32,176 nt of DNA, taken from a virus. Made by a program: the position numbers and the translations under genes. Positions 7,648-15,258 of the stretch are shown here, one piece after another. Each line of letters opens with the position of its first letter. Positions within the stretch are counted from its first letter, which is position 1. Below the pieces are notes generated by a model that saw only the letters and a list, made by a program, of their open reading frames with translations, made no database searches and was not told the origin of the DNA. The stretch lies in UHGV virus genome UHGV-1443735. One strand, given 5' to 3'.

Positions 7648-7785
7648 TTATTTATCCCACCAAGTTCCGTATCTATCTATCCAGTTACACCAATCATCGA
7701 CACTCCATTTTGTTGTGTCGCATTTTGGCAACTGGCATGAATATCTACCTTCTTTGTAAAGTCGGCGTTTGACTTTCTTGAGCAT
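7648..7785 (-). CDS. small Cys-containing hypothetical protein (45 aa)
   Basis: Found by manual translation (MLKKVKRRLYKEGRYSCQLPKCDTTKWSVDDWCNWIDRYGTWWDK). ATG lies 8 nt after the N stop with a GAGGTGAG RBS; below the ORF-track cutoff. Confidence 0.3.
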   Translation of the reverse strand: MLKKVKRRLYKEGRYSCQLPKCDTTKWSVDDWCNWIDRYGTWWDK

Positions 7786-7793
7786 GGCTCACC

Positions 7794-8126
7794 TCAATCG
7801 TAATAAGCTGGAATTGATTTTCCGCGTTGCTTCTGGCGGCCTGAGCATGTCACACCCATTTCACTGCGTGGCTTGCTGTACCATGTGCGATGATTCTTGC
7901 GCTCAACAGCTTCAGCGCGTTTTTCCATCTCTTCCCGATACTCAGCCAGCACCGTTAAATCAATCGGGTTCAGAGCGCTTTCTACGCGTGATTTAGGCTT
8001 TCGAGTCAGCGAGAGAATTTTGCGGGTGTCTGGCTTGGCGCTTACCCCAACTAACAGGGGGTTTGCTGCTTTCCATTGAGCCTGTTTCTCTGCGCGACGT
8101 TCGCGGCGGCGTGTTTGTGCATCCAT
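7794..8126 (-). CDS. N: antitermination protein N, lambda type (110 aa)
   Basis: N-terminus MDAQTRRRERRAEKQAQWKAANPLLVGVSAKP matches lambda N (arginine-rich boxB-binding motif); RBS CAGGAGAATCCAG-ATG; nutL lies upstream. Confidence 0.92.
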   Translation of the reverse strand: MDAQTRRRERRAEKQAQWKAANPLLVGVSAKPDTRKILSLTRKPKSRVESALNPIDLTVLAEYREEMEKRAEAVERKNHRTWYSKPRSEMGVTCSGRQKQRGKSIPAYYD

Positions 8127-8394
8127 CTGGATTCTCCTGTCAGTTAGCTTTGGTGGTGTGGTGGCTGGTAGTCTAGCTCCAGCTTGTTGAGTCTCATTCG
8201 GAGGGGTATAACCGGCACCCCAGTGATTTTTCCATGCGACAACGTGCGCGTTATGGCGGCCTTATCGCCCGCGGCTCCCCATCTCGTCCACGCTATTGCT
8301 AGCGTTGGGAGCGCTTCACCGCTCAACAGTAGGTAAGCACTTGCCAGTGACTAGCTGGCTTCACCACACCCCAAAGCCTTCTGCTTTGAATGCT

Positions 8395-8424
8395 GCCCTT
8401 CTTCAGGGCTTAATTTTTAAGAGC
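8395..8424 (-). promoter_or_regulatory. nutL: nutL (boxA-like GCTCTTAAA, boxB GCCCTGAAGAAGGGC)
   Basis: Read on the minus strand, boxB is GCCCTGAAGAAGGGC (plus 8395-8409) with a boxA-like TGCTCTTAA just 5-prime of it, about 270 nt upstream of N, as in lambda. Confidence 0.85.
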
Positions 8425-8457
8425 ATCACCTTCATGGTGGTCAGTGCGTCCTGCTGA

Positions 8458-8493
8458 TGGCTAGATAATCACAAATTGTGTTCGTGCTGTCAA
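8458..8493 (-). promoter_or_regulatory. pL-like early leftward promoter
   Basis: On the minus strand: -35 TTGACA (8493..8488), 17-nt spacer, -10 GATTAT (8470..8465); overlaps two operator-like sites. Confidence 0.55.
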
Positions 8494-8528
8494 CACGAAA
8501 TGTGATTGTTTTTATCACAACACGTGTT
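8468..8528. promoter_or_regulatory. OL operator cluster: three 15-bp sites, ATCACA-N4-GTGTT (core CACR-N3-YGTG)
   Basis: Sites at 8468-8482 (ATCACAAATTGTGTT), 8492-8507 (inverted) and 8514-8528 (ATCACAACACGTGTT); three related sites recur in the OR region. Confidence 0.6.
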
Positions 8529-8564
8529 TTCATTGATTTTTAAGGTAATTTAATTTTCTTTGGG

Positions 8565-8598
8565 CAACAAAAAACCCGCCGAAGCGGGTTTGATGTTT
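8565..8598 (-). terminator. rho-independent terminator downstream of the repressor gene (hairpin flanked by A/T runs on both sides)
   Basis: Stem CCCGC/GCGGG with CGAA loop; the minus strand has a run of 6 T after it, the plus strand has TTTGATGTTTTT. Lies 26 nt past the cI stop and insulates pL. Confidence 0.7.
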
Positions 8599-8614
8599 TT
8601 AAGTGGCGGGTATA

Positions 8615-9256
8615 TCAGGAGAATTTCATCATCATCTGCACTGCTACGCCGATTATCTTGCAGTTGCCGTCGATTGGGATCAACGGATAGGCAGGGTTAA
8701 GCCCTTTCAGGTATTTGTTACCGCCATCAATGATTAGCTTCTTGAACGTGGCTTCATTAGCATCTGTCAGCTTCGCAACTACCAGGCTTCCATTAACGGC
8801 TTCCTTTCCAGTGTCGAACAGAACCAGCATACCCTCAGGAACGCTAAGGCCGGTAGGAGCTGTCATTGAGTCGCCCTGAACCCTGAGCCAGAAGGCGTCA
8901 CCGACAACGTGACAATCTGATTCATACCACTCATCCACTGCCTGAGGGTTGTACGGCTCTACGGCCTCACTCCATGCACCTGCGCTAACCCAGCTAATCA
9001 ACGGAAACTTTTCCCCTGGCTTGTATTGTCCCTGATAGTTGTCGCCAAAAAGCAGTTCTGCCGGAGCGACGCCCAAAGCTTTAGCTATTACCTCTGCGTC
9101 ATCAACACTAACGCTTCTGGTTCCTGATTCATAGTTGCCGATCCGAGATTGTGAAGCCCAGCCGCAAAGCTCCGCCAGCGCCTTCTGTGAAAGCCCTTTA
9201 TCTTCCCGTAATCGCTTGATACGCGCGGCGATAGTTTCTGTTCTGTTCATGCGCAT
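8615..9256 (-). CDS. cI: CI/C2-family prophage repressor (HTH_XRE N-terminal domain, S24 LexA-like C-terminal domain)
   Basis: HTH LSQKALAELCGWASQSRIGNYE, then a C-terminal domain (PLISWVSAGAW...VQGDSMTAP...LVVAKL...) with the Ser/Lys dyad, very similar to P22 C2. No RBS before the ATGs at 9256/9250, consistent with a leaderless pRM transcript. Confidence 0.9.
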   Translation of the reverse strand: MRMNRTETIAARIKRLREDKGLSQKALAELCGWASQSRIGNYESGTRSVSVDDAEVIAKALGVAPAELLFGDNYQGQYKPGEKFPLISWVSAGAWSEAVEPYNPQAVDEWYESDCHVVGDAFWLRVQGDSMTAPTGLSVPEGMLVLFDTGKEAVNGSLVVAKLTDANEATFKKLIIDGGNKYLKGLNPAYPLIPIDGNCKIIGVAVQMMMKFS

Positions 9257-9261
9257 TTTAT

Positions 9262-9323
9262 ATCACATTCCGTGGTTTAAGGCTTTACACGATTTGTGTT
9301 GACTATCAATCACAATATGTGTT
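9262..9323. promoter_or_regulatory. OR operator cluster: three sites of the same family
   Basis: Sites at 9262-9276 (ATCACATTCCGTGGT), 9286-9300 (TACACGATTTGTGTT) and 9309-9323 (ATCACAATATGTGTT), between the divergent cI and cro genes. Confidence 0.6.
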
Positions 9324-9328
9324 TAATA
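9299..9328 (+). promoter_or_regulatory. pR-like early rightward promoter
   Basis: -35 TTGACT (9299-9304), 17-18 nt spacer, -10 TTTAAT/TTAATA (9322-9328); overlaps two OR sites; cro RBS AAGGA follows. Confidence 0.5.
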
Positions 9329-9360
9329 AAGACTGAGTGAACTAGCTCTTAAGGAAACCT

Positions 9361-9576
9361 ATGAACAACATTGCCAACGAACGGAAAAAGCTTGGCATCA
9401 CTCAATCTGCGTTAGCAGGCGCGTGTGGCTGGAACCAGTCCCGCTTAGCTAACTACGAGTCAGGTATCCGGACTCCAGATTTAGAGTCGTGCCGTCGCCT
9501 GGTAAAGGCGCTGAATAAATTGGGGAGCAAGACAACGCTAGATGGCTTGTTCCCGCCGGAACACAAAGCCGCTTAA
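9361..9576 (+). CDS. cro: Cro-like HTH (XRE-type) repressor (71 aa)
   Basis: HTH LGITQSALAGACGWNQSRLANYESG; first gene rightward of OR, divergent from cI. Confidence 0.8.
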   Translation: MNNIANERKKLGITQSALAGACGWNQSRLANYESGIRTPDLESCRRLVKALNKLGSKTTLDGLFPPEHKAA

Positions 9577-9584
9577 GACATTCC

Positions 9585-9616
9585 CGCTCTTACACATCCC
9601 CGCCCTGAAAAAGGGC
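9585..9616 (+). promoter_or_regulatory. nutR: nutR (boxA CGCTCTTAC, boxB GCCCTGAAAAAGGGC)
   Basis: Both boxes match lambda nutR as I recall it (boxA 9585-9593, boxB 9602-9616); the following leader up to cII looks lambda-like (tR1 region). Confidence 0.85.
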
Positions 9617-9695
9617 ATCAAATTAAACCACACCTATGGTGTATGCATTTATTTGCATACATTCAATCAATTGTTATCTAAGGAAATACTTACAT

Positions 9696-9989
9696 ATGGT
9701 TCGTGCAAACAAACGCAACGAGGCTCTACGAATCGAGAGTGCGTTGCTTAACAAAATCGCAATGCTTGGAACTGAGAAGACAGCGGAAGCTGTGGGCGTT
9801 GATAAGTCGCAGATCAGCAGGTGGAAGAGGGATTGGATTCCAAAGTTCTCAATGCTGCTTGCTGTTCTTGAATGGGGCGTCGTCGACGACGATATGGCTC
9901 GATTGGCACGACAAGTTGCTTCGATTCTCACCAATAAAAAACGCCCGGCGGCAACCGAGCGTTCTGAACAAATCCAGATGGAATTTTAA
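9696..9989 (+). CDS. cII: transcriptional activator CII, lambda type (97 aa)
   Basis: MVRANKRNEALRIESALLNKIAMLGTEKTAEAVGVDKSQISRWKRDW... matches lambda CII; RBS TAAGGAAATACTTACAT-ATG. The ORF-track start at 9636 is an upstream extension. Confidence 0.92.
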   Translation: MVRANKRNEALRIESALLNKIAMLGTEKTAEAVGVDKSQISRWKRDWIPKFSMLLAVLEWGVVDDDMARLARQVASILTNKKRPAATERSEQIQMEF

Positions 9990-10010
9990 CTGCTTTCTAT
10001 GGAGTTAATT

Positions 10011-10811
10011 ATGGCAAAAAAACCTACACCAGACCAGGTAAAAAAGATTCGTTCCGGCATTACCAAGAAAATACGGTTTGAGGTTTTCAAGCGCGATGGC
10101 TTCAAATGCCAGTACTGTGGGAGTTCTGCGCCAGACGTCATCCTTCATGTCGACCATATCAACCCAGTTAGCAAGGGTGGCGATAACGACATGATGAACC
10201 TTATTACTTCTTGCGATAGTTGTAATGGCGGGAAAAGCGACAAACTGCTCAGCGATAACTCAATAATGGAAAAGCAAAGGCAGCAACTCCAGGAACTTAA
10301 TACCAAGCGAGAGCAACTGGAGATGATGATCAAGTGGCGAGATGGTCTTAAGAGCCTGAAAGACGATGTTGTTGATATTGTCGCTACCAAAATTGACGAC
10401 TGCATTGCGCCATTTACTGTTAATGACAATGGGCGAAAATCTATCAAGAGATGGCTTCGAATATATAAGCTTGAAGAAATCCTCGATGCGATTGAGATTG
10501 CTGCAGACAAAAAACTCACCCAAGAAATAACCCATGAGCTTACTGGTGAATTCTTTGAGTACATCCCTCGCATAGCAGCGACAAAAAGAAAACCGCCAAA
10601 AGAACAAAGGATTCTATACATCAGAGGAATCCTTAAAAACCGCATATATATCAATCAAAACCATGTAATGAGTTATCTCAAGGCATGGCTTTCATACGAC
10701 TTAGATCTCGATGAACTTACTGAGTTTGCGAAAACAGTACCTAACTGGACAACGTTCAAGGAGTGGGTATCTGAACGCATTCGTGAAGCTCAGGAAGAAC
10801 TCCCGTACTAA
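10011..10811 (+). CDS. HNH endonuclease (N-terminal HNH domain, uncharacterised C-terminal domain; about 266 aa)
   Basis: HNH motif CQYCGSS...HVDHINPVSKGG...CDSCNGGK; start refined to ATG at 10011 with GGAG RBS. The gene is AT-rich compared with the lambda-type cII flank. Confidence 0.8.
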   Translation: MAKKPTPDQVKKIRSGITKKIRFEVFKRDGFKCQYCGSSAPDVILHVDHINPVSKGGDNDMMNLITSCDSCNGGKSDKLLSDNSIMEKQRQQLQELNTKREQLEMMIKWRDGLKSLKDDVVDIVATKIDDCIAPFTVNDNGRKSIKRWLRIYKLEEILDAIEIAADKKLTQEITHELTGEFFEYIPRIAATKRKPPKEQRILYIRGILKNRIYINQNHVMSYLKAWLSYDLDLDELTEFAKTVPNWTTFKEWVSERIREAQEELPY

Positions 10812-10822
10812 AGGTGGACAAA

Positions 10823-11710
10823 ATGGCACGTTCAAGAAATATCAAACCAGGCTTTTTCACCAATGATGAATTAGCTGAGTGTTCTCCATATGCCCGTCTC
10901 CTTTTTGCCGGGTTATGGACTATTGCTGACAAAGAAGGGCGGTTGGATGATCGCCCAAAGAAAATTAAAGCAATGGTACTGCCTTTCGATGATGTGGACT
11001 GCAATGATCTGCTTCAGCAACTTCACAGTCACAAATTCATCAATCGATATCAGGTAAATGGCGGCTCATATATCCAAATCAATAACTGGAAAAAGCACCA
11101 GAACCCTCACTGCAAAGAAGCGGCCAGTGAGATACCAGAACCAGTAGAGAATAATAACAGCATCCTGCAAGTACAGTGCAAGGACGATAAAGAGGAAGAG
11201 AAGGAGGATACAGAATCACTTCAAGTCATTGAAAACAATGAAGCACCAGAAAAGCACCATGCAAGTACAGTGCAAGAACAAGTTGAGAACAGTTTAAATC
11301 CTGCTGATTCCCTTAACCTGATTCCTGATTCCCTTAACCTGATTCCTGATTCCCTTTCTAACACCCAAGCCGCTGACGCGACTTGTGAAGGGGGTGGGGC
11401 TGATGTCCATAAAATTTCAAGTCGCTATGCATTCGAAGGAAATATCGTTCGGTTAAACCACAAGGATTACGAAGCATGGAAGCGCCTGTATCCGAACATT
11501 GACCTGAATTACGAGCTGGAAAGGCTGGATATCGAATTTAGCCATGAGAAGCCAAAGAACTGGTTTATCACTGCCAGCCAGAAACTCAGCTACCAGAACA
11601 AGCAGGCGTTATCCAGACCGGTACGCAAGGTTGCTAATGGACTTAAGGCTGAAAACTTTGCCACCAAGGATTACGGACAAACTGAAATGCCTTCATGGGC
11701 GCAGGAGTGA
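10823..11710 (+). CDS. replication initiation protein, O-like, with internal iterons (about 295 aa)
   Basis: Position after cII and before the DnaC-like loader; internal direct repeats encode SLNLIPDSLNLIPDSL. Start refined to ATG at 10823 (AAGGTGGA RBS); the ORF-track start at 10814 is a GTG. Confidence 0.7.
   Translation: MARSRNIKPGFFTNDELAECSPYARLLFAGLWTIADKEGRLDDRPKKIKAMVLPFDDVDCNDLLQQLHSHKFINRYQVNGGSYIQINNWKKHQNPHCKEAASEIPEPVENNNSILQVQCKDDKEEEKEDTESLQVIENNEAPEKHHASTVQEQVENSLNPADSLNLIPDSLNLIPDSLSNTQAADATCEGGGADVHKISSRYAFEGNIVRLNHKDYEAWKRLYPNIDLNYELERLDIEFSHEKPKNWFITASQKLSYQNKQALSRPVRKVANGLKAENFATKDYGQTEMPSWAQE
11304..11355 (+). repeat. putative origin iterons inside the O-like gene (CTGATTCC... 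repeated 5 times)
   Basis: Direct repeats CTGATTCCCTTAAC / CTGATTC in tandem within the initiator gene, as with the lambda ori iterons inside O. Confidence 0.6.
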
Positions 11711-11712
11711 AC

Positions 11713-12558
11713 ATGACGCTGGATGAAAAGATCTCCCAACTGGAGAAAAAACTTGCAGAATTGAGTTCTCCGCCAATTGCTATCGAGCATACAGCTGTAG
11801 AAATTGGCACTGGCATCTGTGAAAAACACGGTGAGTTTGAGCAGCGTAACCGTTACTCGACTGGGCCAATTAAGTTTGCCTCAAGACCTAGCGAATGCCC
11901 GGAATGCATGAGAGATGAGCTTATTCGGCTACAGGCAGAGAAGATTAAAATCGACGAAGAATCACGTAAGCGCAATGTCGAATTTCTGTTGAATAATCTT
12001 GATATTCCTGAACGATTCAAGGGTTGCACACTACAGAACTACGAGCCAGTCAACGACGATGCAAAGAGAGTGCTCAGGGTGTGTCAGGCATACGCCAGCA
12101 AATGGCCTGAGAGGTTACAGAAAGGCGGTGGGCTGGTTATGTGTGGAAAGCCTGGTACTGGAAAGAATCATCTTGCACTGGCTATCGCCCGGCACGCAAT
12201 TACGGAACATCAAAGCTCAGCTATTTTCACAACGGCGCTGAAAATTGCCAGAGAATATAAATCAACATGGTCGAAAAACTCCACCCGCACTGAGGATGAA
12301 GTGATCCGACAGTTCACTAAACCTGACCTGCTAATTATCGATGAGGTTGGTGTGCAGTTTGGAAGCGAGGCGGAAAAGATGATCATGTTCGAAATCATCA
12401 ACACCCGCTACGAGCGCATGAAGCCAACAATCCTGATTAGTAATCAGAGCAAAGATGAACTTTCGGCATTCATTGGTGAGCGTGTTATTGACAGGATGAA
12501 TGATGGCGGAGGGTGCACTCTTGCGTTTACATGGGATAGTTACAGGAGCAGATCGTGA
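11713..12558 (+). CDS. DnaC-like helicase loader (IstB-like ATPase) (281 aa)
   Basis: Walker A GKPGTGKNHLA and Walker B LLIIDEVG; start refined to ATG at 11713 with AGGAG RBS overlapping the O-like stop. Confidence 0.85.
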   Translation: MTLDEKISQLEKKLAELSSPPIAIEHTAVEIGTGICEKHGEFEQRNRYSTGPIKFASRPSECPECMRDELIRLQAEKIKIDEESRKRNVEFLLNNLDIPERFKGCTLQNYEPVNDDAKRVLRVCQAYASKWPERLQKGGGLVMCGKPGTGKNHLALAIARHAITEHQSSAIFTTALKIAREYKSTWSKNSTRTEDEVIRQFTKPDLLIIDEVGVQFGSEAEKMIMFEIINTRYERMKPTILISNQSKDELSAFIGERVIDRMNDGGGCTLAFTWDSYRSRS

Positions 12559-12845
12559 CTGGAAAAGAAATCATCCTGGAATATCTGAAAACTCATGAAC
12601 AATTCTCCCCACATGAATTAGCACTGATCACCGGAATACCAAATAACAGAATCGCTCAAGCAGCAAGGCATATGGTGAAACAAGGACATTTGAGTGTTGT
12701 TGAGCGTAAGTGGAAGACGGTTATTTATGCAAAACGCAAAGTGAAGAAGGAGCCAATTAAAAGAAATCCAGATGGTACGGGGTGGGGATGTGCAAATCCA
12801 ATGACGGCGTTTATTAATAGGGCGCTTATGGAGGTAAGGCAATGA
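12555..12845 (+). CDS. small winged-helix-like DNA-binding protein (96 aa)
   Basis: GTG start overlapping the DnaC-like stop, with AGGAG 7 nt upstream. HTH-like segment SPHELALITGIPNNRIAQAARHMVKQGHL; function unverified. Confidence 0.5.
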   Translation: MTGKEIILEYLKTHEQFSPHELALITGIPNNRIAQAARHMVKQGHLSVVERKWKTVIYAKRKVKKEPIKRNPDGTGWGCANPMTAFINRALMEVRQ

Positions 12846-12870
12846 CCATCTACATCACTGAGCTAATAAC

Positions 12871-12902
12871 AGGCCTGCTGGTAATCGCAGGCCTTTTTAT
12901 TT
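12871..12902 (+). terminator. rho-independent terminator (tR2-like) after the replication module
   Basis: Perfect 8-bp stem AGGCCTGC/GCAGGCCT with 8-nt loop, followed by TTTTTATTT. Confidence 0.8.
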
Positions 12903-12931
12903 GGGGGAGAGGGAATTGGAGGCTTTAAGAA

Positions 12932-13147
12932 ATGAGTACGATAGCTGAGCTTGTCAGGGCTAATTTTCGTGAAGAGTTGGTGCGTTGGTATCGGTATCGT
13001 TCATCGTCCAGTTTGCCGATTGATGAGTTGTATGAGCATTCACCTGCTGCACGACGCTATCCGCGTGACCGTGTTCTTCGACGGTTGTCCAAACTCAACA
13101 ATGAGTTTCAGCGCAACAGAATTATTCGGAGTCTGGATTTAAAGTAA
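12932..13147 (+). CDS. hypothetical nin-region protein (71 aa)
   Basis: ATG preceded by a GGAGG RBS immediately after the terminator. Confidence 0.55.
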   Translation: MSTIAELVRANFREELVRWYRYRSSSSLPIDELYEHSPAARRYPRDRVLRRLSKLNNEFQRNRIIRSLDLK

Positions 13148-13157
13148 ATGAGTGAGC

Positions 13158-13364
13158 ATGACAAATCAGCAGCAAATAGAGTTCATCCTTGAGCAGATTC
13201 GAAAAATGCGAGAAAAGAACCAGCCAGACATGATGGAAATATGGAGACGCCAGCAGGAAGAATACCGCAAGCATATTTTTGGTGAGAGAAAACAGGATGA
13301 CTGGAGCCTATATGGCTATGGCACCAGGACAAATAAAAACGGATATAGCCTTTACACATATTGA
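13158..13364 (+). CDS. hypothetical nin-region protein (about 68 aa)
   Basis: ORF; ATG at 13158 (the ORF-track start at 13152 is a GTG); weak RBS. Confidence 0.45.
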   Translation: MTNQQQIEFILEQIRKMREKNQPDMMEIWRRQQEEYRKHIFGERKQDDWSLYGYGTRTNKNGYSLYTY

Positions 13365-13372
13365 GGAATTCC

Positions 13373-13726
13373 ATGAAACAGACAATTTTCCTCAGGAGTA
13401 AGCAACAACAGCAAGCCGCAATCACCGCCATCCTCGCAACACCACTCGATAAAGACAAGCCAGTTACCATCCGCATTACTGACTACAAGCGCAACCTTGA
13501 CCAGAACGCAAAATTTCACGCGATGCTGGCGGATATCGCAAGTCAGGTTCAATGGTGCGGCAAATGGTTAAAACCAGAACAATGGAAGGTTTTGTTGATA
13601 AGCGGTCATGCAGTGGCAACAAAGCAGGAAGCTGATGTTTTGCCCGGGCTTGAAGGCGAATACGTCAACATTCGCGAAAGTAGCGCGCAGATGAGCGTGA
13701 AGCGCATGGCAAGCCTGATTGAGTAA
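13373..13726 (+). CDS. ninB: NinB-like recombination protein (about 117 aa)
   Basis: Similar to lambda NinB (…[27 protein letters not shown]…); ATG at 13373 with GAGGAA RBS (the ORF-track start at 13361 is a TTG). Confidence 0.75.
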   Translation: MKQTIFLRSKQQQQAAITAILATPLDKDKPVTIRITDYKRNLDQNAKFHAMLADIASQVQWCGKWLKPEQWKVLLISGHAVATKQEADVLPGLEGEYVNIRESSAQMSVKRMASLIE

Positions 13727-13779
13727 ACGACAGCATGGGCTATTGGTCAGGGTGTCAGATTTACCGACAGGAGGTACGA

Positions 13780-13962
13780 ATGAGACGACAGCGACGAAGC
13801 ATCACCGACATCATCTGCGAAAACTGCAAATACCTTCCAACGAAACGCTCCAGAAATAAACGCAAGCCAATCCCAAAAGAATCTGACGTAAAAACCTTCA
13901 ACTACACGGCTCACCTGTGGGATATCCGGTGGCTTAGAGAACGTGCGAGGAAAACAAGGTGA
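13780..13962 (+). CDS. ninE: NinE-like protein (60 aa)
   Basis: [22 protein letters not shown]... matches my recollection of lambda NinE; AGGAGG RBS; the ORF-track start at 13735 is an upstream extension. Confidence 0.75.
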   Translation: MRRQRRSITDIICENCKYLPTKRSRNKRKPIPKESDVKTFNYTAHLWDIRWLRERARKTR

Positions 13963-14129
13963 TTGACCAAAATCGAAGTTACGAACAAGAAAGCGTCGAG
14001 CGAGCTTTAACGTGCGCTAACTGCGGTCAGAAGCTGCATGTGCTGGAAGTTCACGTGTGTGAGCACTGCTGCGCAGAACTGATGAGCGATCCGAATAGCT
14101 CAATGTACGAGGAAGAAGACGATGAGTGA
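13959..14129 (+). CDS. ninF: NinF-like protein (56 aa)
   Basis: Found by manual translation ([44 protein letters not shown]...); GTG start overlapping the ninE stop; below the ORF-track cutoff. Confidence 0.65.
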   Translation: MIDQNRSYEQESVERALTCANCGQKLHVLEVHVCEHCCAELMSDPNSSMYEEEDDE

Positions 14130-14631
14130 TGTTAAAGAAAAAGATATCCCCGGCTTTGAGGGTATATATAAAGTAACTGAAAATGGAGACATCATTTCAT
14201 GCCGTAAATCAAAAAAATTATCTCATGGCATTAAACCAGGAGGATATGCATTTGTCGGTCTGTATCCAGGTGGCGGGAAAAGACCATCATATAAAATGGT
14301 TCACAGAATTGTTGCAGAAGTATTTATTGATAACCCAGATGGCAAACCGGAAGTTAATCACAAGGATGGAAATAAACTTAATAATAAAGTTGAAAATCTT
14401 GAGTGGGTAACGCGAACAGAAAATGCGAAACATGGATTTGATTCCGGATTGCTTGTTCATGGGTTTAATCATCACTTCTGCAAACTAACGCCAGAACAAG
14501 TGAAATCAATATATAAATCAAAAGGCAAATACAGAGATATAGCCAAAGAATTTGGTGTTTGTGCGCAGACAGTGTGCAACATAAAAAACAAATCAGCGTA
14601 CCGACGTTTTTTGGAGGGGATTGATGTTTAG
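14122..14631 (+). CDS. HNH homing endonuclease (NUMOD4 plus HNH_3 type, C-terminal HTH) (169 aa)
   Basis: NUMOD4-like IPGFEGIYKVTENG and HNH motif NHKDGNKLNNKVENLEW, with a C-terminal HTH-like segment. The start overlaps the ninF 3-prime end and the stop overlaps the DUF1364 start. AT-rich. Confidence 0.8.
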   Translation: MSDVKEKDIPGFEGIYKVTENGDIISCRKSKKLSHGIKPGGYAFVGLYPGGGKRPSYKMVHRIVAEVFIDNPDGKPEVNHKDGNKLNNKVENLEWVTRTENAKHGFDSGLLVHGFNHHFCKLTPEQVKSIYKSKGKYRDIAKEFGVCAQTVCNIKNKSAYRRFLEGIDV

Positions 14632-14899
14632 AAGCAAAAAATGGCTTCAGGCAGTCAGGGATATTGAATTTTGCGTTCTTTGCGGAAGATACGGAGTTCA
14701 GGCCGCTCATAGAAATGAAGGGAAGGGGGTTGGGATTAAAGTAGATGATTGCCTTACTGCTGCGCTATGTGTTGATTGTCATTCAAGAATTGATAATGGG
14801 AGAGATATGAGCAGGGAAGAGCGAAGGGCTGAAATGGATCGGGCCATTGTGCTTACCCTTAAAAAATTGGTTAACAATGGGAGGGTGTTTGTCCAATGA
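14624..14899 (+). CDS. DUF1364 (YbcO-like) putative zinc-binding nuclease (about 91 aa)
   Basis: Cys/His pattern CVLCG...AH...CLTAALCVDCH; ATG at 14624 with GGAGGGGA RBS; ATGA overlap with rusA. Confidence 0.6.
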   Translation: MFRSKKWLQAVRDIEFCVLCGRYGVQAAHRNEGKGVGIKVDDCLTAALCVDCHSRIDNGRDMSREERRAEMDRAIVLTLKKLVNNGRVFVQ

Positions 14900-15258
14900 A
14901 CGAATATCAGTTTGTGCTTCCATACCCGCCGTCGGTGAACACCTACTGGCGAAGACGGGGAAGCCAATACTACATCAGCGATAAAGGCCAGAAATACCGA
15001 AAAGATGTACAGCAAATAATCCGCCAACTCAAGTTAGACATTTTCACCAAATCACGACTCCGCATCAAAGTCATCGTAGACGTTCCGGACTCCCGCCGTC
15101 GCGACCTCGACAACATCCTGAAAGGTTTACTCGACTCCCTTATCCACGCCGGATTTGCGGAAGACGACGAGCAATTCGATGAAATTCGCGTAATTCGTGG
15201 TGTGAAAGTACCAGGCGGACGGCTTGGAATAAAAATCACTGAACTGGAGAACGTATGA
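14896..15258 (+). CDS. rusA: RusA-family Holliday junction resolvase (120 aa)
   Basis: Similar to E. coli RusA (...PPSVNTYW...VPDSRRRDLDNILKGLLDSL...GGRLGIKITEL). Confidence 0.88.
   Translation: MNEYQFVLPYPPSVNTYWRRRGSQYYISDKGQKYRKDVQQIIRQLKLDIFTKSRLRIKVIVDVPDSRRRDLDNILKGLLDSLIHAGFAEDDEQFDEIRVIRGVKVPGGRLGIKITELENV

Noticed and set aside
8144-8326. 60-aa minus-strand ORF between nutL and N
   Set aside because: It lies in the N leader, where lambda has no gene, has no RBS and has an unremarkable composition.
9636-9695. Upstream extension of cII (ORF-track start at 9636)
   Set aside because: The lambda cII start with its RBS is at 9696; the extension overlaps the nutR/tR1 leader.
10145-10654. 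Minus-strand ORFs (169 and 115 aa) within the HNH nuclease gene
   Set aside because: Antisense to the HNH gene in AT-rich sequence; low-complexity Ser/Leu/Ile products.
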